A stretch of 64,000 bases of DNA from Candidatus Latescibacterota bacterium (lineage in GTDB: Bacteria > Latescibacterota > UBA2968 > GCA-2709665), in contig OZ242180.1 of the NCBI GenBank assembly GCA_965205485.1, positions 3,104,001 to 3,168,000 of the forward strand, read 5' to 3'. Below the pieces are notes generated by a model, which saw nothing but the letters and a program-made list of their open reading frames with translations, was not told where the DNA came from and did no database searches. The translations under genes were made by a program, and so were the position numbers. This document shows positions 19,043 through 28,101 of this stretch, one piece after another. Numbering within the stretch: the stretch's first letter is position 1; the number at the start of each line of letters is the position of its first letter.

Positions 19043-21490
19043 ATGCAGGATAGGTTGAGGTTCCTGGCGGACTTCGTCTATCGACGACACGCCGTTATTA
19101 TTGTTGTTTCGACTCTCCTCTCCGTTTTTTGCAGTTTTTTTGTCTATCGTCTGATCCAGCGCCTCGAGACGGATATCGCGGCCCTGATCCCGGAACACTA
19201 TCCCAGCGTGCAGACTCTCGAGGATATAAAGGCGCGGCTGGGCGGCGTGGGAAGCCTGGTTGTTCTGGCGGAGTGCGGGGATTTCTCGGCATCCAGGCGA
19301 TTCGTGGAAGATCTGTTTGTTGAACTGAGGGCCGAAAAGTACTGGAAATACGTAAATTACGTCGATTTCAAGCGTGAAGTGGATTTTTTCAAGGAAAACG
19401 CGCTGCTGTATATGGATATCGAGGACCTGGAGGACATACAGCTTCGAATCGACGATCGCATCCGGCAGGAGAAGCTGAAGTTATCTCCGATGTTTTTCAG
19501 CCTCGACGAAGGCGAAGACGACGAACCGCTGGATTTTTCGGATATCGAGTCGAAGTACAAGGAGAATGGAGACCGCGGGCACGAGGTATATTACACCAAT
19601 TCGGACAGTACGATCGTTGCGGTTGAGGTGATGGCGTCGGGAACGGTGAGCAATATCGGATTCGCCAAGGAGATGTACGGCGTTATCCGGAATGCCGTTC
19701 AGACGCTCGATCCGGTATCCTACCATCCCGGGATGATCGTCTCCATTGGAGGATCGTACAAGAACAAGATCGATGAATATAACGTCATTCTGGACGATAT
19801 CGCGTCGACAGTCATATTCGGATTCGTAGGTGTCGTCCTGCTCCTCACGTTCTATTTCAGGCAGCCGCTGGCTGCTTTTTTTGTTGCCATTCCGCTCGTC
19901 ATGGGGCTGACATGGGCCTTTGCCATTACCTATTGGGCGATCGGCAACCTGAACACGATGACCGGATTCCTGTTCGTGATCCTGTTCGGTCTGGGAATCG
20001 ATTTTGGCATTCACATGTTTTCCCGGTACCTGGAAGATCGAATGGCGAACATGGACGTCAGACAATCGGTCGAGACGATGCTGATTCAGACGGGGCAGGC
20101 GATCCTGACGGCCGCAATGACCACGTCGATGGCGTTCTATTCGCTGACGATAACGGATTTCAAGGGATTCTCGGAATTCGGCTTTATCGTCGGCACCGGA
20201 ATCATCATGTCGCTGGTGTCAATGACCATGGTCCTTCCGGCTTTTCTCGTTCTTGCCGACGAGCGCCTGAAGCTCGTGAGGATGCGGCAGGTACTCGGAC
20301 ACCATCGAGGCGACGGCAAGGGTCGGTTTCCGATGGCGCCGGTCGTGTTCGCGTTTGCGATCGCCGTTACGGTTTACCTGGCATACAACCTCGACCGGAT
20401 CCAGTTTGAATATGACTTCACCAACTTGCGTTCGAATCTTGCCACTTCGAAAAAGGTGAAAGACAAGATCAACTCGCTCTCGAAATTCAGAGGCGAATCG
20501 CATTCACCAAGCGTGGTACTGGCCGACAGCAAAGAAGAGCTGGATGAAATCGTCGATGCGGTTAACGGCATGATCGCATCCGAGGATCCTACGCCGACAA
20601 TTGACAAGATTCGAACGCTCTGGTCCTTCCTTCCCGAACAGGAGGACGAAAAACTGACGGTGATCGCGGAACTGCGCGAACTGGTGGACGGCGAAGGTGC
20701 GAAGTTGCTGAAGGGCGAGCAGAAGGAGCGAGTGGACGAGTTGCGCGAATTGATGGACGTGAACAAGCTGCATGTGGACGACCTGCCGAAGAATATCCTG
20801 CGCAAATTTGCAACGGTAGACGGCAGCCGCGCCCATTTTGCCTTCATTTACCCCAGCGTGCAACTACGGGACGGACGACAGGCAATTGAGTTCGCGAACG
20901 ACACCCACGTCATTACGACTGAATCCGGAAAGACGTTCTATTCATCCAGTTCCAGTATCATATTCGCGGATATGCTCAAGTTGATGATCCGGGACAGCAG
21001 GTGGGCGATCGGCATTACACTCCTGGTCGTCTTCCTGATTGTATTCATCGATTTCAGAAGCGTCCGAAACGGGCTGATGGTTATGTTGCCGTTGATCTGC
21101 GGCGCCATCTGGATGTGCGGAAGCATGTTCCTGACCGGGATGAAGTTGAATTTCTACAATATGGTTGCCTTGCCCACCATCATCGGGATGGGCATCGATA
21201 ACGGCGTGCACCTGTTCCACAGGTATCAGGAGGAAGGTGCGGATTCGATACCTGTGATCCTCCGGAATACCGGAGGCGCGATGCTCGTGTCGATGATGAC
21301 GACGATGATCGGCTTCTTCGGCCTGATCATGGCAAGGCATCCCGGTTTGAATTCTATTGGAAAACTGGCCGTGATCGGCCTTCTGACCTGTTTTGTTGCG
21401 GCCGTCGTTGTCCTGCCTGCCGTACTCGAGATCCTTGATCGCTTCAAGGGGAGGCGGGGTCCTGTCAGAATCGGAAGTGCGAGGCCGTAA
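19043..21490 (+). CDS. MMPL/RND family lipid exporter (HpnN-like)
   Basis: Two repeats of TM, periplasmic domain and 5 TM; GLGIDFGIH and GMGIDNGVH motifs. Confidence 0.9.
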   Translation: MQDRLRFLADFVYRRHAVIIVVSTLLSVFCSFFVYRLIQRLETDIAALIPEHYPSVQTLEDIKARLGGVGSLVVLAECGDFSASRRFVEDLFVELRAEKYWKYVNYVDFKREVDFFKENALLYMDIEDLEDIQLRIDDRIRQEKLKLSPMFFSLDEGEDDEPLDFSDIESKYKENGDRGHEVYYTNSDSTIVAVEVMASGTVSNIGFAKEMYGVIRNAVQTLDPVSYHPGMIVSIGGSYKNKIDEYNVILDDIASTVIFGFVGVVLLLTFYFRQPLAAFFVAIPLVMGLTWAFAITYWAIGNLNTMTGFLFVILFGLGIDFGIHMFSRYLEDRMANMDVRQSVETMLIQTGQAILTAAMTTSMAFYSLTITDFKGFSEFGFIVGTGIIMSLVSMTMVLPAFLVLADERLKLVRMRQVLGHHRGDGKGRFPMAPVVFAFAIAVTVYLAYNLDRIQFEYDFTNLRSNLATSKKVKDKINSLSKFRGESHSPSVVLADSKEELDEIVDAVNGMIASEDPTPTIDKIRTLWSFLPEQEDEKLTVIAELRELVDGEGAKLLKGEQKERVDELRELMDVNKLHVDDLPKNILRKFATVDGSRAHFAFIYPSVQLRDGRQAIEFANDTHVITTESGKTFYSSSSSIIFADMLKLMIRDSRWAIGITLLVVFLIVFIDFRSVRNGLMVMLPLICGAIWMCGSMFLTGMKLNFYNMVALPTIIGMGIDNGVHLFHRYQEEGADSIPVILRNTGGAMLVSMMTTMIGFFGLIMARHPGLNSIGKLAVIGLLTCFVAAVVVLPAVLEILDRFKGRRGPVRIGSARP

Positions 21491-21611
21491 CCCGTTTGCG
21501 GGCAGGATTCCGAACGGCTCGACGGCCCCGATCTTTCCCGCTGAAATCCAAATTCCGTCGAGGACAGAATACGCGCGTCTTCACGTGTTCTGTCCTTTTT
21601 TTGTCTGCGCC

Positions 21612-21640
21612 TTGACGCGTCGCACGTCAGGATATATCTT
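21612..21640 (+). promoter_or_regulatory. Putative sigma70-type promoter for 22019-25287 operon
   Basis: TTGACG-N17-TATCTT; the -10 box overlaps the MITE target site. Confidence 0.55.
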
Positions 21641-21642
21641 AG

Positions 21643-21966
21643 CAGCCCGTTGAAAAAGCCCATCCGGGCTACGGCTGGCCCTTGTGGTCGAAATACTGCG
21701 TTGCGCGCCCTCGCCGAATCGCAGGATGGGACTCGGTTGCGCGCCTCGTCTTCGACCACAATGGCAAGTGTTCTGTCCTGGAAATAGATTGCCGGAATTC
21801 GACCGCCGAGTCGCCCGGCTGGCAAGGCGCCTGAGCAAGGCGACCTGCTCACGGTCACCGAGCGAAGGCAACGCCGCCAGACGGGACGAGACGGCGGATG
21901 AATGGTGACATATTTCCGGGACGGGACACCATGCCTCGCCTGCAGAGCGACTTTATCAACGGACTG
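21643..21966. mobile_element. MITE family A copy 2 (324 bp) carrying a nested family B element at 21767-21930
   Basis: TIRs CAGCCCGTTGAAAAAG / CTTTATCAACGGACTG; flanks TTAG/TTAA. Confidence 0.9.
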
Positions 21967-22018
21967 TTAACCGTCCGTCGACTATCCTCGGTATTGCCGA
22001 CAGCCAGGGCATCCGCCT

Positions 22019-22819
22019 ATGGGTTTCTTGATCCCGTTCCTCGTCAGTCTGATTTCAGGTCTGTACACCTCGTTGTGGGGCGCATTCAAGGACTCCCCCT
22101 ATGAGGGCCTGAAGCGCCGCACCTTTCCCCGCAGCGTTTATTTTCATGCAGTCATTTTCTGCGCCCTGTATTGGCTTCCCTTGTTCAGCGGAGATTTCCG
22201 CCAATTGAGCCTGGTGCAGGTCTTCTTTGCCATCATGGGACTGGAACGGTTCCTCGCGGAGCTGTACAAGGGATTCTTCAGATCGGAAGATCAGTCGAAA
22301 TACGCCGTGCCGTCCAGAATCACGTTCTTCGGCCGCCCGGTGACCAGCGAACCGTTGCGCCTCTCATCCGGCGTCGTACTGGTGTCCGGTGTCTTTTCCC
22401 TGCTGTTTCTTTCGATGCGAATCGTGGACTTCGCGGCGTTCGCGGCCGTCGCTTTTTGCACGGGAATGCTGGTTTCTCTCGGAGGCGCATATAAGGACGC
22501 TCCCTTCGAGGGATTCGCGCCCCTGAAATTCCTCCGCTCCGCGATAGTGCTCGCTGTCTGTTCCCCCGTTTTTTTCTATTCGAACAGCCCTCTGTCGCCG
22601 GTGCCGCTCGGCTATCTGATCTTCATGAACGGGGGACTGGAGCGGTTCCTGGTCGAGTACTACAAGACCTACGTGCAACGCACGATGTCCGGGAAGTTCA
22701 GGCCGGACCTGCCCCGGATCGCGCGATGCATCGAGACACGCGAGAAATATCACTATATGGCGTGGATCATTATCGTCGCACTGGCGGTTCTGTACGTCTA
22801 TGAGCTCACGAACCTATGA
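22019..22819 (+). CDS. Hypothetical membrane protein with internal duplication
   Basis: GAFKDSPYEG..LERFLAELYK repeated as GAYKDAPFEG..LERFLVEYYK; about 7 TM segments. Confidence 0.75.
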   Translation: MGFLIPFLVSLISGLYTSLWGAFKDSPYEGLKRRTFPRSVYFHAVIFCALYWLPLFSGDFRQLSLVQVFFAIMGLERFLAELYKGFFRSEDQSKYAVPSRITFFGRPVTSEPLRLSSGVVLVSGVFSLLFLSMRIVDFAAFAAVAFCTGMLVSLGGAYKDAPFEGFAPLKFLRSAIVLAVCSPVFFYSNSPLSPVPLGYLIFMNGGLERFLVEYYKTYVQRTMSGKFRPDLPRIARCIETREKYHYMAWIIIVALAVLYVYELTNL

Positions 22820-24296
22820 AGCCATCGTGATCGGTTCGGGTCTCGGTGGCGGCGCCGCGGCGTTCGCGCTCAGCCGTGCGGGTTTCCGGACGCTGCTGCT
22901 CGAACGCGGCGGGTGGGTGAAGCGGGATGCGCTGGACTGGAGCCCGCGCGGGATCCTCATCGATCAGCGGTACAGAAGCCGTTCCCCGGTGGAGATAGAA
23001 GATGACCGGGGAGTACATTCCATATATCCGAACGAAGCGGTCGGCGGCATGTCGGTGTTCTACGGCGGGGCGTCGCTGCGGTTGCGCGAGAAGGATTTCT
23101 CGAACTGGCCGGTCGATTACGCGGCAATGGAGCCGTACTATACGAAGGCGGAGCATCTCCTGGAGGTGCATGGCCAGGCGGGGACGGATATTCATGAGCC
23201 GCCGAGGTCCGGGGGCTATCCATTCGGAGGGATTGAACTCACGCCTCCGGCGAAGCGGATATACGAGGCCGCGAAGGCGCTCGGGCACCGGCCCTTCAAG
23301 ATGCCGCTGGCTCTGAATTTCACGAACAAGGACCGGCCGGTATGCATCCGCTGTTCGACCTGCGACGGATTTCCATGCCGCATCGAAGCCAAGAACGACG
23401 TGGCCATGACGCTTCTGGCAAAAGCGCAGGCATTCGACCTGGCGGTCATGCCCGGGATGATCGTCCTGCAACTGGAAACCGGAAACGGCAGGGTCGTACG
23501 GGTCCGGTGTCTGGATGGAAATTCAAAACGGCCGGTCGAATTCAGCGCAAAGATCGTGATTCTCAGCGCGGGGGCGCTGCAGAGCCCGGCCATTCTGTTG
23601 CGTTCCGGGCTGGAGCGACTCGACAACCACCGGCTGGTCGGTCGATTTCTGATGCGGCACTGCAATGCCGTGGTCACCGGGCTCTTTCCCTTTCGGACCA
23701 ATCCAGAACGCGTTTTTCACAAGCAGTTGTGCTTCACGGATTTTTACGAAGACCTGAGGGAACGACTGGGAACGTCGGTGGGATCCATTCAGGACATCTA
23801 CACCCCCGCGCCGGAGGTGCTGAAGCAATTCGCGCCGTTCGGATACGGGAATCTGGCCGCGTTTATGGCGCGTTACCTGCAGAATCTGCTTTGTATTGCG
23901 GAGGATGAACCTCAATATGAAAACCGGGTGCATCTGACCTCTCGACTGGACGATTACGGAATCGCGGTTACCGGTGTCGTACATCGATATTCGGACCGGG
24001 ATCGCCTCCGAAGGAAACATCTGACAGACAGGGCCAGGCGCATCCTGAATCAGGCGGGGGGCCTTTATCACCGAATTTACAATATCGAGACGTTTTCTCA
24101 CGCGGTGGGGTCGCTGCGTTTCGGTAACCTCGCCCGTGACAGCGTTCTGGATGAGTGTTGCAGGTTTCGCGGCATCGACAACCTGTTTGTCCTCGACGGC
24201 AGCTTCATGCCCACGTCGGGAGGGGTCAATCCGAGCCTTACGATCGCGGCCAACGCGTTGCGGGTTGCGGACGTTATTCACGCGGAATATGGATAG
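22800..24296 (+). CDS. GMC family FAD oxidoreductase
   Basis: IGSGLGG, LERG, VGG.SVFYG, CIRCSTCDGFPC, GRFLMRH, HAVG, NPSLTIAANALR. Confidence 0.9.
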   Translation: MSSRTYEAIVIGSGLGGGAAAFALSRAGFRTLLLERGGWVKRDALDWSPRGILIDQRYRSRSPVEIEDDRGVHSIYPNEAVGGMSVFYGGASLRLREKDFSNWPVDYAAMEPYYTKAEHLLEVHGQAGTDIHEPPRSGGYPFGGIELTPPAKRIYEAAKALGHRPFKMPLALNFTNKDRPVCIRCSTCDGFPCRIEAKNDVAMTLLAKAQAFDLAVMPGMIVLQLETGNGRVVRVRCLDGNSKRPVEFSAKIVILSAGALQSPAILLRSGLERLDNHRLVGRFLMRHCNAVVTGLFPFRTNPERVFHKQLCFTDFYEDLRERLGTSVGSIQDIYTPAPEVLKQFAPFGYGNLAAFMARYLQNLLCIAEDEPQYENRVHLTSRLDDYGIAVTGVVHRYSDRDRLRRKHLTDRARRILNQAGGLYHRIYNIETFSHAVGSLRFGNLARDSVLDECCRFRGIDNLFVLDGSFMPTSGGVNPSLTIAANALRVADVIHAEYG

Positions 24297-24351
24297 ACAC
24301 CCGCTTTCGGACCGTCGTCGGGCAACGTGACGCCTCTCAGGAATCGGGGAA

Positions 24352-25287
24352 ATGAAGAGAATCTGTCTGGTGGGCTGCGGGACGATTGCCCGCCTGCACG
24401 CGAAGAATCTATCGGGCGCCGCCGAGCTGTTTTTCTGCAGTCGATCCGAAGAGAGCGCCCGGCTTTTCAATGTTGAGTTTCGGGGCAGCGGCAGCTTCCC
24501 TCGTGTGGAGGATGCGCTGGCATCGCCCGACATCGACGCGGTGGTCATTGCGTCCCCGCCCGAATTCCACAAGGACCAGGTGATACGCGCGCTCTCGGCC
24601 GGCAAGGATGTGATGGTCGAAAAGCCGATGTGCGTAACTCCGGAGGAGGTGGAAGCGGTCGGCGCGGCGGTGGCTTCGCATCCGGAAGCGCTGTTGATGG
24701 TGGCCGAAAACTATTATTACAAGCCGTTGCTCAAGAGAATCAGGGCATTGACCCGGGAGCGCCGGATCGGAGACATCAGGTCGGTACAGGTAAGGAAGAT
24801 GTTCACGCAGGCGACAGCCGGCTGGAAGCGCAAGTACGGCGCGTTGCTCGAAGGGGGCATCCACTTTGTCGCTTTGGTTTCCGCGATGTTCGAGTGCGCG
24901 CCGGAACACGTCAACGGCCGGTTTCCCGGACGGCGGGAGGGAGAGCCGGAGCGGACGTCGGTTATTGAATTGACCTATCCCGGAAACGCGACGGCCGAGT
25001 TAAGGTATTCGTGGAACACGAGGAGCTGCACAAACGGCGCCTTTCAGCATTCCCGGATACGTGGTACGCACGGGCACATCGTCTTTGAGAGCAATGGTCT
25101 GTATGTGCTGCAGAAGGGGCGTCGAGGCGTCCGGTTTTTCTTTCCCGGAATATCGGATCTGATGGGCTATCGGGAGATGACCCGGGACTTTCTGCGATGC
25201 ATGGATGACAGGAGCCGGACGCCGTATTCAAACTTTATGAGAGCCAGACGGGATCTGAGAATCGTCTTCGATGCCTATCGGTGGTAA
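24352..25287 (+). CDS. Gfo/Idh/MocA family oxidoreductase
   Basis: VGCGTIA, VEKPM, GALLEGGIH. Confidence 0.88.
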   Translation: MKRICLVGCGTIARLHAKNLSGAAELFFCSRSEESARLFNVEFRGSGSFPRVEDALASPDIDAVVIASPPEFHKDQVIRALSAGKDVMVEKPMCVTPEEVEAVGAAVASHPEALLMVAENYYYKPLLKRIRALTRERRIGDIRSVQVRKMFTQATAGWKRKYGALLEGGIHFVALVSAMFECAPEHVNGRFPGRREGEPERTSVIELTYPGNATAELRYSWNTRSCTNGAFQHSRIRGTHGHIVFESNGLYVLQKGRRGVRFFFPGISDLMGYREMTRDFLRCMDDRSRTPYSNFMRARRDLRIVFDAYRW

Positions 25288-25363
25288 CGCACGGTGTTCC
25301 GGCGCGTCTCCCGCCTGTCCGGGCAACCGGTTCGCCGCGTCCCTGGCGGAAATACGAAAACAG

Positions 25364-25392
25364 TTGACCGCATTCATGCTTGTCGCTATATT
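25364..25392 (+). promoter_or_regulatory. Putative sigma70-type promoter
   Basis: TTGACC-N17-TATATT. Confidence 0.55.
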
Positions 25393-25608
25393 TCCGGGCA
25401 ACATCCTCCCCAGCCTCCTCCTTCCTGCGTAATACTCCTTCTCAACAGACGGCCCAGGACCAGTACTTACGAGGTTTCGCTTCCTCCACGCAACGGTCAA
25501 GATTGCTTCTGACGCATTACGTATAAAGCTTGCGTTTTGCCACCCGGATCACGGCCCGGGAAAAACGCCTGGATCGACGTTGCGGGGAAGGACGCGAGGG
25601 ATGTGCCG

Positions 25609-26652
25609 GTGAACGATCGCCTGAAGTACTATCTCGATTCCTTTGTGCCCCTCATCGATGCGGAGCTCTTCAGGTTTCTGCCTCAGGCCGAGCCATTCGG
25701 CTATCTGTACGAACCTATGCGCGATTATCCGATTCGGGGAGGCAAACGGTTTCGGTCCGTACTCGTTCTGCTTGCCTGTGAGGGGCTCGGAGGCGCCGTG
25801 GAGAAGGCGTTGCGGACGGCGGCGGCGTTTGAAATGTTCCAGTCTTTCGCGCTGGTTCACGATGACATTGAAGACGGTTCGGAAATGCGCAGAGGCAAAC
25901 CATGTCTGCACCATCTTCACGGCGTTCCGTTAAGCGTCAATGCGGGCGACGCGCTCCATTCGAAGGTGTTCGAAATACTTGCCAGCAACCGGGACATTCT
26001 CGGCGACGCCATTGCGCTTGATTTGATACAGGAAATGCTCTACGGCGCCCAGCGCACGTTTGAAGGACAGGCGTACGACATCGGCTGGATCGAGTCGGGC
26101 GAGGTCCCCGAAGTTGAGATTTTTCTGGAAATGCTGCGTCTGAAGACGGGCTGGTACAGCGGGAGGGGGCCGTGTACCGCCGGTGCAATCGTCGCGGGCG
26201 CATCCCCGGATTGCCAGCGAGCGGTGGGTGCATTCGGCGAGCGAATGGCGGTGGCGTTTCAGATCAAGGACGATCTGCTGAATCTGACCGTACGGGCCGA
26301 AGATGCGCACCAGGCCCCGGCGACGACTTCCGGAGGTTACGGAAAGGAACGTGGCGGAGACATCGCGGAGGGAAAACGGACCCTGATGGTGATCGATCTC
26401 TTCCACAGATGTTCTCCGGATGAGCAGGAGTGGGTGCGGGAAATCCTGAATCGAGACCGTTCAGAGACGAGAACGGACGAAGTTGAAAGGACGATCTCGC
26501 TGATGGAGCATTACGGTTCCATAAAAAGGGCCGAAGACGCTTGCCGGGCGTGGGCAGCGGACGCGGAAGCGCATCTTAACGAGATTCCTCCCTCCGAGGC
26601 CCGGGAAACAATGCGTGAGATGTGCAGTTTTCTCGTCGACAGGGCATTCTGA
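25609..26652 (+). CDS. Polyprenyl diphosphate synthase (short-chain, GGPP/FPP-type)
   Basis: GGKRFR, FQSFALVHDDIED..RRG, NAGD, GQ..D, KT, FQIKDD, DIAEGKRT; start inferred from RBS. Confidence 0.9.
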   Translation: MNDRLKYYLDSFVPLIDAELFRFLPQAEPFGYLYEPMRDYPIRGGKRFRSVLVLLACEGLGGAVEKALRTAAAFEMFQSFALVHDDIEDGSEMRRGKPCLHHLHGVPLSVNAGDALHSKVFEILASNRDILGDAIALDLIQEMLYGAQRTFEGQAYDIGWIESGEVPEVEIFLEMLRLKTGWYSGRGPCTAGAIVAGASPDCQRAVGAFGERMAVAFQIKDDLLNLTVRAEDAHQAPATTSGGYGKERGGDIAEGKRTLMVIDLFHRCSPDEQEWVREILNRDRSETRTDEVERTISLMEHYGSIKRAEDACRAWAADAEAHLNEIPPSEARETMREMCSFLVDRAF

Positions 26653-26730
26653 GTCACATGGGACCCCGTTCCGACTCATCAGTATACCGAACACCAATTG
26701 CAATTCGAAGATTCCACGATTCCACGAGCT

Positions 26731-26895
26731 AGTGTTCTGTCCCGGAAATAAGTTGCCTAAATTCGACCGCCGAGTCGCCTGGCTCGCAAGGCGCCCGAGC
26801 GCAGGCGCCCTGCGTAAGGTCGGCGAGCGAGGGGAACGTAGCGAGACAGGATGAATCGGCGGTCGAATGGTGAGGAATTTTTGGGACAGGACACT
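26731..26895. mobile_element. MITE family B standalone copy (165 bp)
   Basis: TIR AGTGTTCTGTCCCGGAAAT / ATTTTTGGGACAGGACACT; homologous to the inserts inside family A copies; IS630-like ends (inference). Confidence 0.82.
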
Positions 26896-26925
26896 GAGAT
26901 AACCAGACCCGCAGGAGGGCGAGTG

Positions 26926-27594
26926 ATGAAGTTCTTCATAGACACGGCCGATCTGGACGAGATACGTGAAGCCAACGAGATGGGCGTTCTGGATGGCGTG
27001 ACAACGAATCCGACGCACATCTCAAAGGAAGAAGGAACGTTTGAGGAGATCATACTCGAGATTTGCGAACTCGTGGACGGGCCGGTCAGCGCCGAGGTCG
27101 TGAGCACCGAGTGGCGACTGATGCTCGAGGAGGCGCGTCATCTGGCGAGCATACACGACAACGTGGTCGTCAAGGTTCCCATCACGCTGGACGGGCTCAA
27201 GGCGATCAGGGCCTGTAGCGATGAAGGGATCCGCACCAACGTGACGCTGTGCTTCTCCCCCAACCAGGCACTGCTGGCGGCGAAGGCGGGAGCTGCGTAT
27301 ATCAGTCCTTTTCTGGGGCGCCTGGACGACATCGGGCACGTCGGAATGGACTTGATCAGGACCATTCGCCGGATTTACGACAATTACGGATTCGAGACCG
27401 AGGTGCTTGCAGCCAGTTTGAGGCACCCCCTCCACGTCATCGATGCCGCTTGCGCCGGAGCCGATGTGTCCACGTTGCCACCCGACGTATTGAAGAAGCT
27501 GCTGGCGCATCCGCTTACGGAAGACGGCCTCGAGCGCTTCCTGAGTGATTGGAATGCGTGGAAGGAGAACCAGCCGGACACGGTTGTGGTTTAG
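26926..27594 (+). CDS. tal: Transaldolase (short type 3B / Fsa-fold)
   Basis: [41 protein letters not shown]; Glu and SPF indicate transaldolase rather than Fsa. Confidence 0.9.
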   Translation: MKFFIDTADLDEIREANEMGVLDGVTTNPTHISKEEGTFEEIILEICELVDGPVSAEVVSTEWRLMLEEARHLASIHDNVVVKVPITLDGLKAIRACSDEGIRTNVTLCFSPNQALLAAKAGAAYISPFLGRLDDIGHVGMDLIRTIRRIYDNYGFETEVLAASLRHPLHVIDAACAGADVSTLPPDVLKKLLAHPLTEDGLERFLSDWNAWKENQPDTVVV

Positions 27595-27754
27595 CAGCCC
27601 GTTGAAAAAGTCCATCCGGGCTACGGCCGGCCCTTGCGGTCGAAATACTGCGTTGCGCTCGCTCGCCGAATCGCTGGATGGGACTCGGTCGCGCGCCTTG
27701 TCTTCGAACGCAATGGCTCGGCCTCGCCTGCAGAGCGACTTCATCAACGGACTG
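27595..27754. mobile_element. MITE family A copy 3 (160 bp, no nested insert)
   Basis: Same TIRs; TTAG direct repeats, the left one containing the tal stop codon. Confidence 0.9.
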
Positions 27755-27784
27755 TTAGCCTTGCCAATGGAATCATCCGGAAAC

Positions 27785-27821
27785 AAAAAAGGGCTTGTGT
27801 ACGCAATCACACAAGCCCTTT
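27785..27821 (-). terminator. Rho-independent terminator of the tRNA (possibly bidirectional)
   Basis: AAAGGGCTTGTGT-N8-ACACAAGCCCTTT with A-run. Confidence 0.8.
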
Positions 27822-27829
27822 CCTGCATA

Positions 27830-27905
<76 letters not shown>

Positions 27906-27908
27906 TAA

Positions 27909-27972
27909 CAGCCCGTTGAAAAAGTCCATCCGAGCTCGGTCTCGCCTGCAGAGCGACTTTATCAACGGACTG
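27909..27972. mobile_element. MITE family A copy 4 (64 bp minimal form)
   Basis: Both TIRs joined by a short spacer; CTAA direct repeats. Confidence 0.85.
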
Positions 27973-28020
27973 CTAAAGCAATGAAAAACACACGATTATC
28001 ATCCTGAACCCGAAGCGGAT

Positions 28021-28049
28021 AAAATACATAAGCGGCGTATCCGTGTCAA
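28021..28049 (-). promoter_or_regulatory. Putative tRNA promoter
   Basis: Minus strand TTGACA-N17-TATTTT. Confidence 0.6.
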
Positions 28050-28101
28050 GGATAATTCTACGATTCCGACGGCCCTGTATTCGTCTCGATTCAGGGAGGA
28101 G

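Noticed and set aside
18416..21490. Hopanoid cluster (hpnM/hpnN)
   Set aside because: No squalene synthase or cyclase nearby; family-level similarity only
16862..26652. Archaeal-type ether lipid pathway
   Set aside because: No GGGP synthase or DGGGP synthase (UbiA-type) in the window; a prenyl synthase plus a CDP-alcohol transferase is insufficient
26851..26925. N-terminal extension of transaldolase
   Set aside because: Starts within MITE B sequence; the RBS supports a start at 26923/26926
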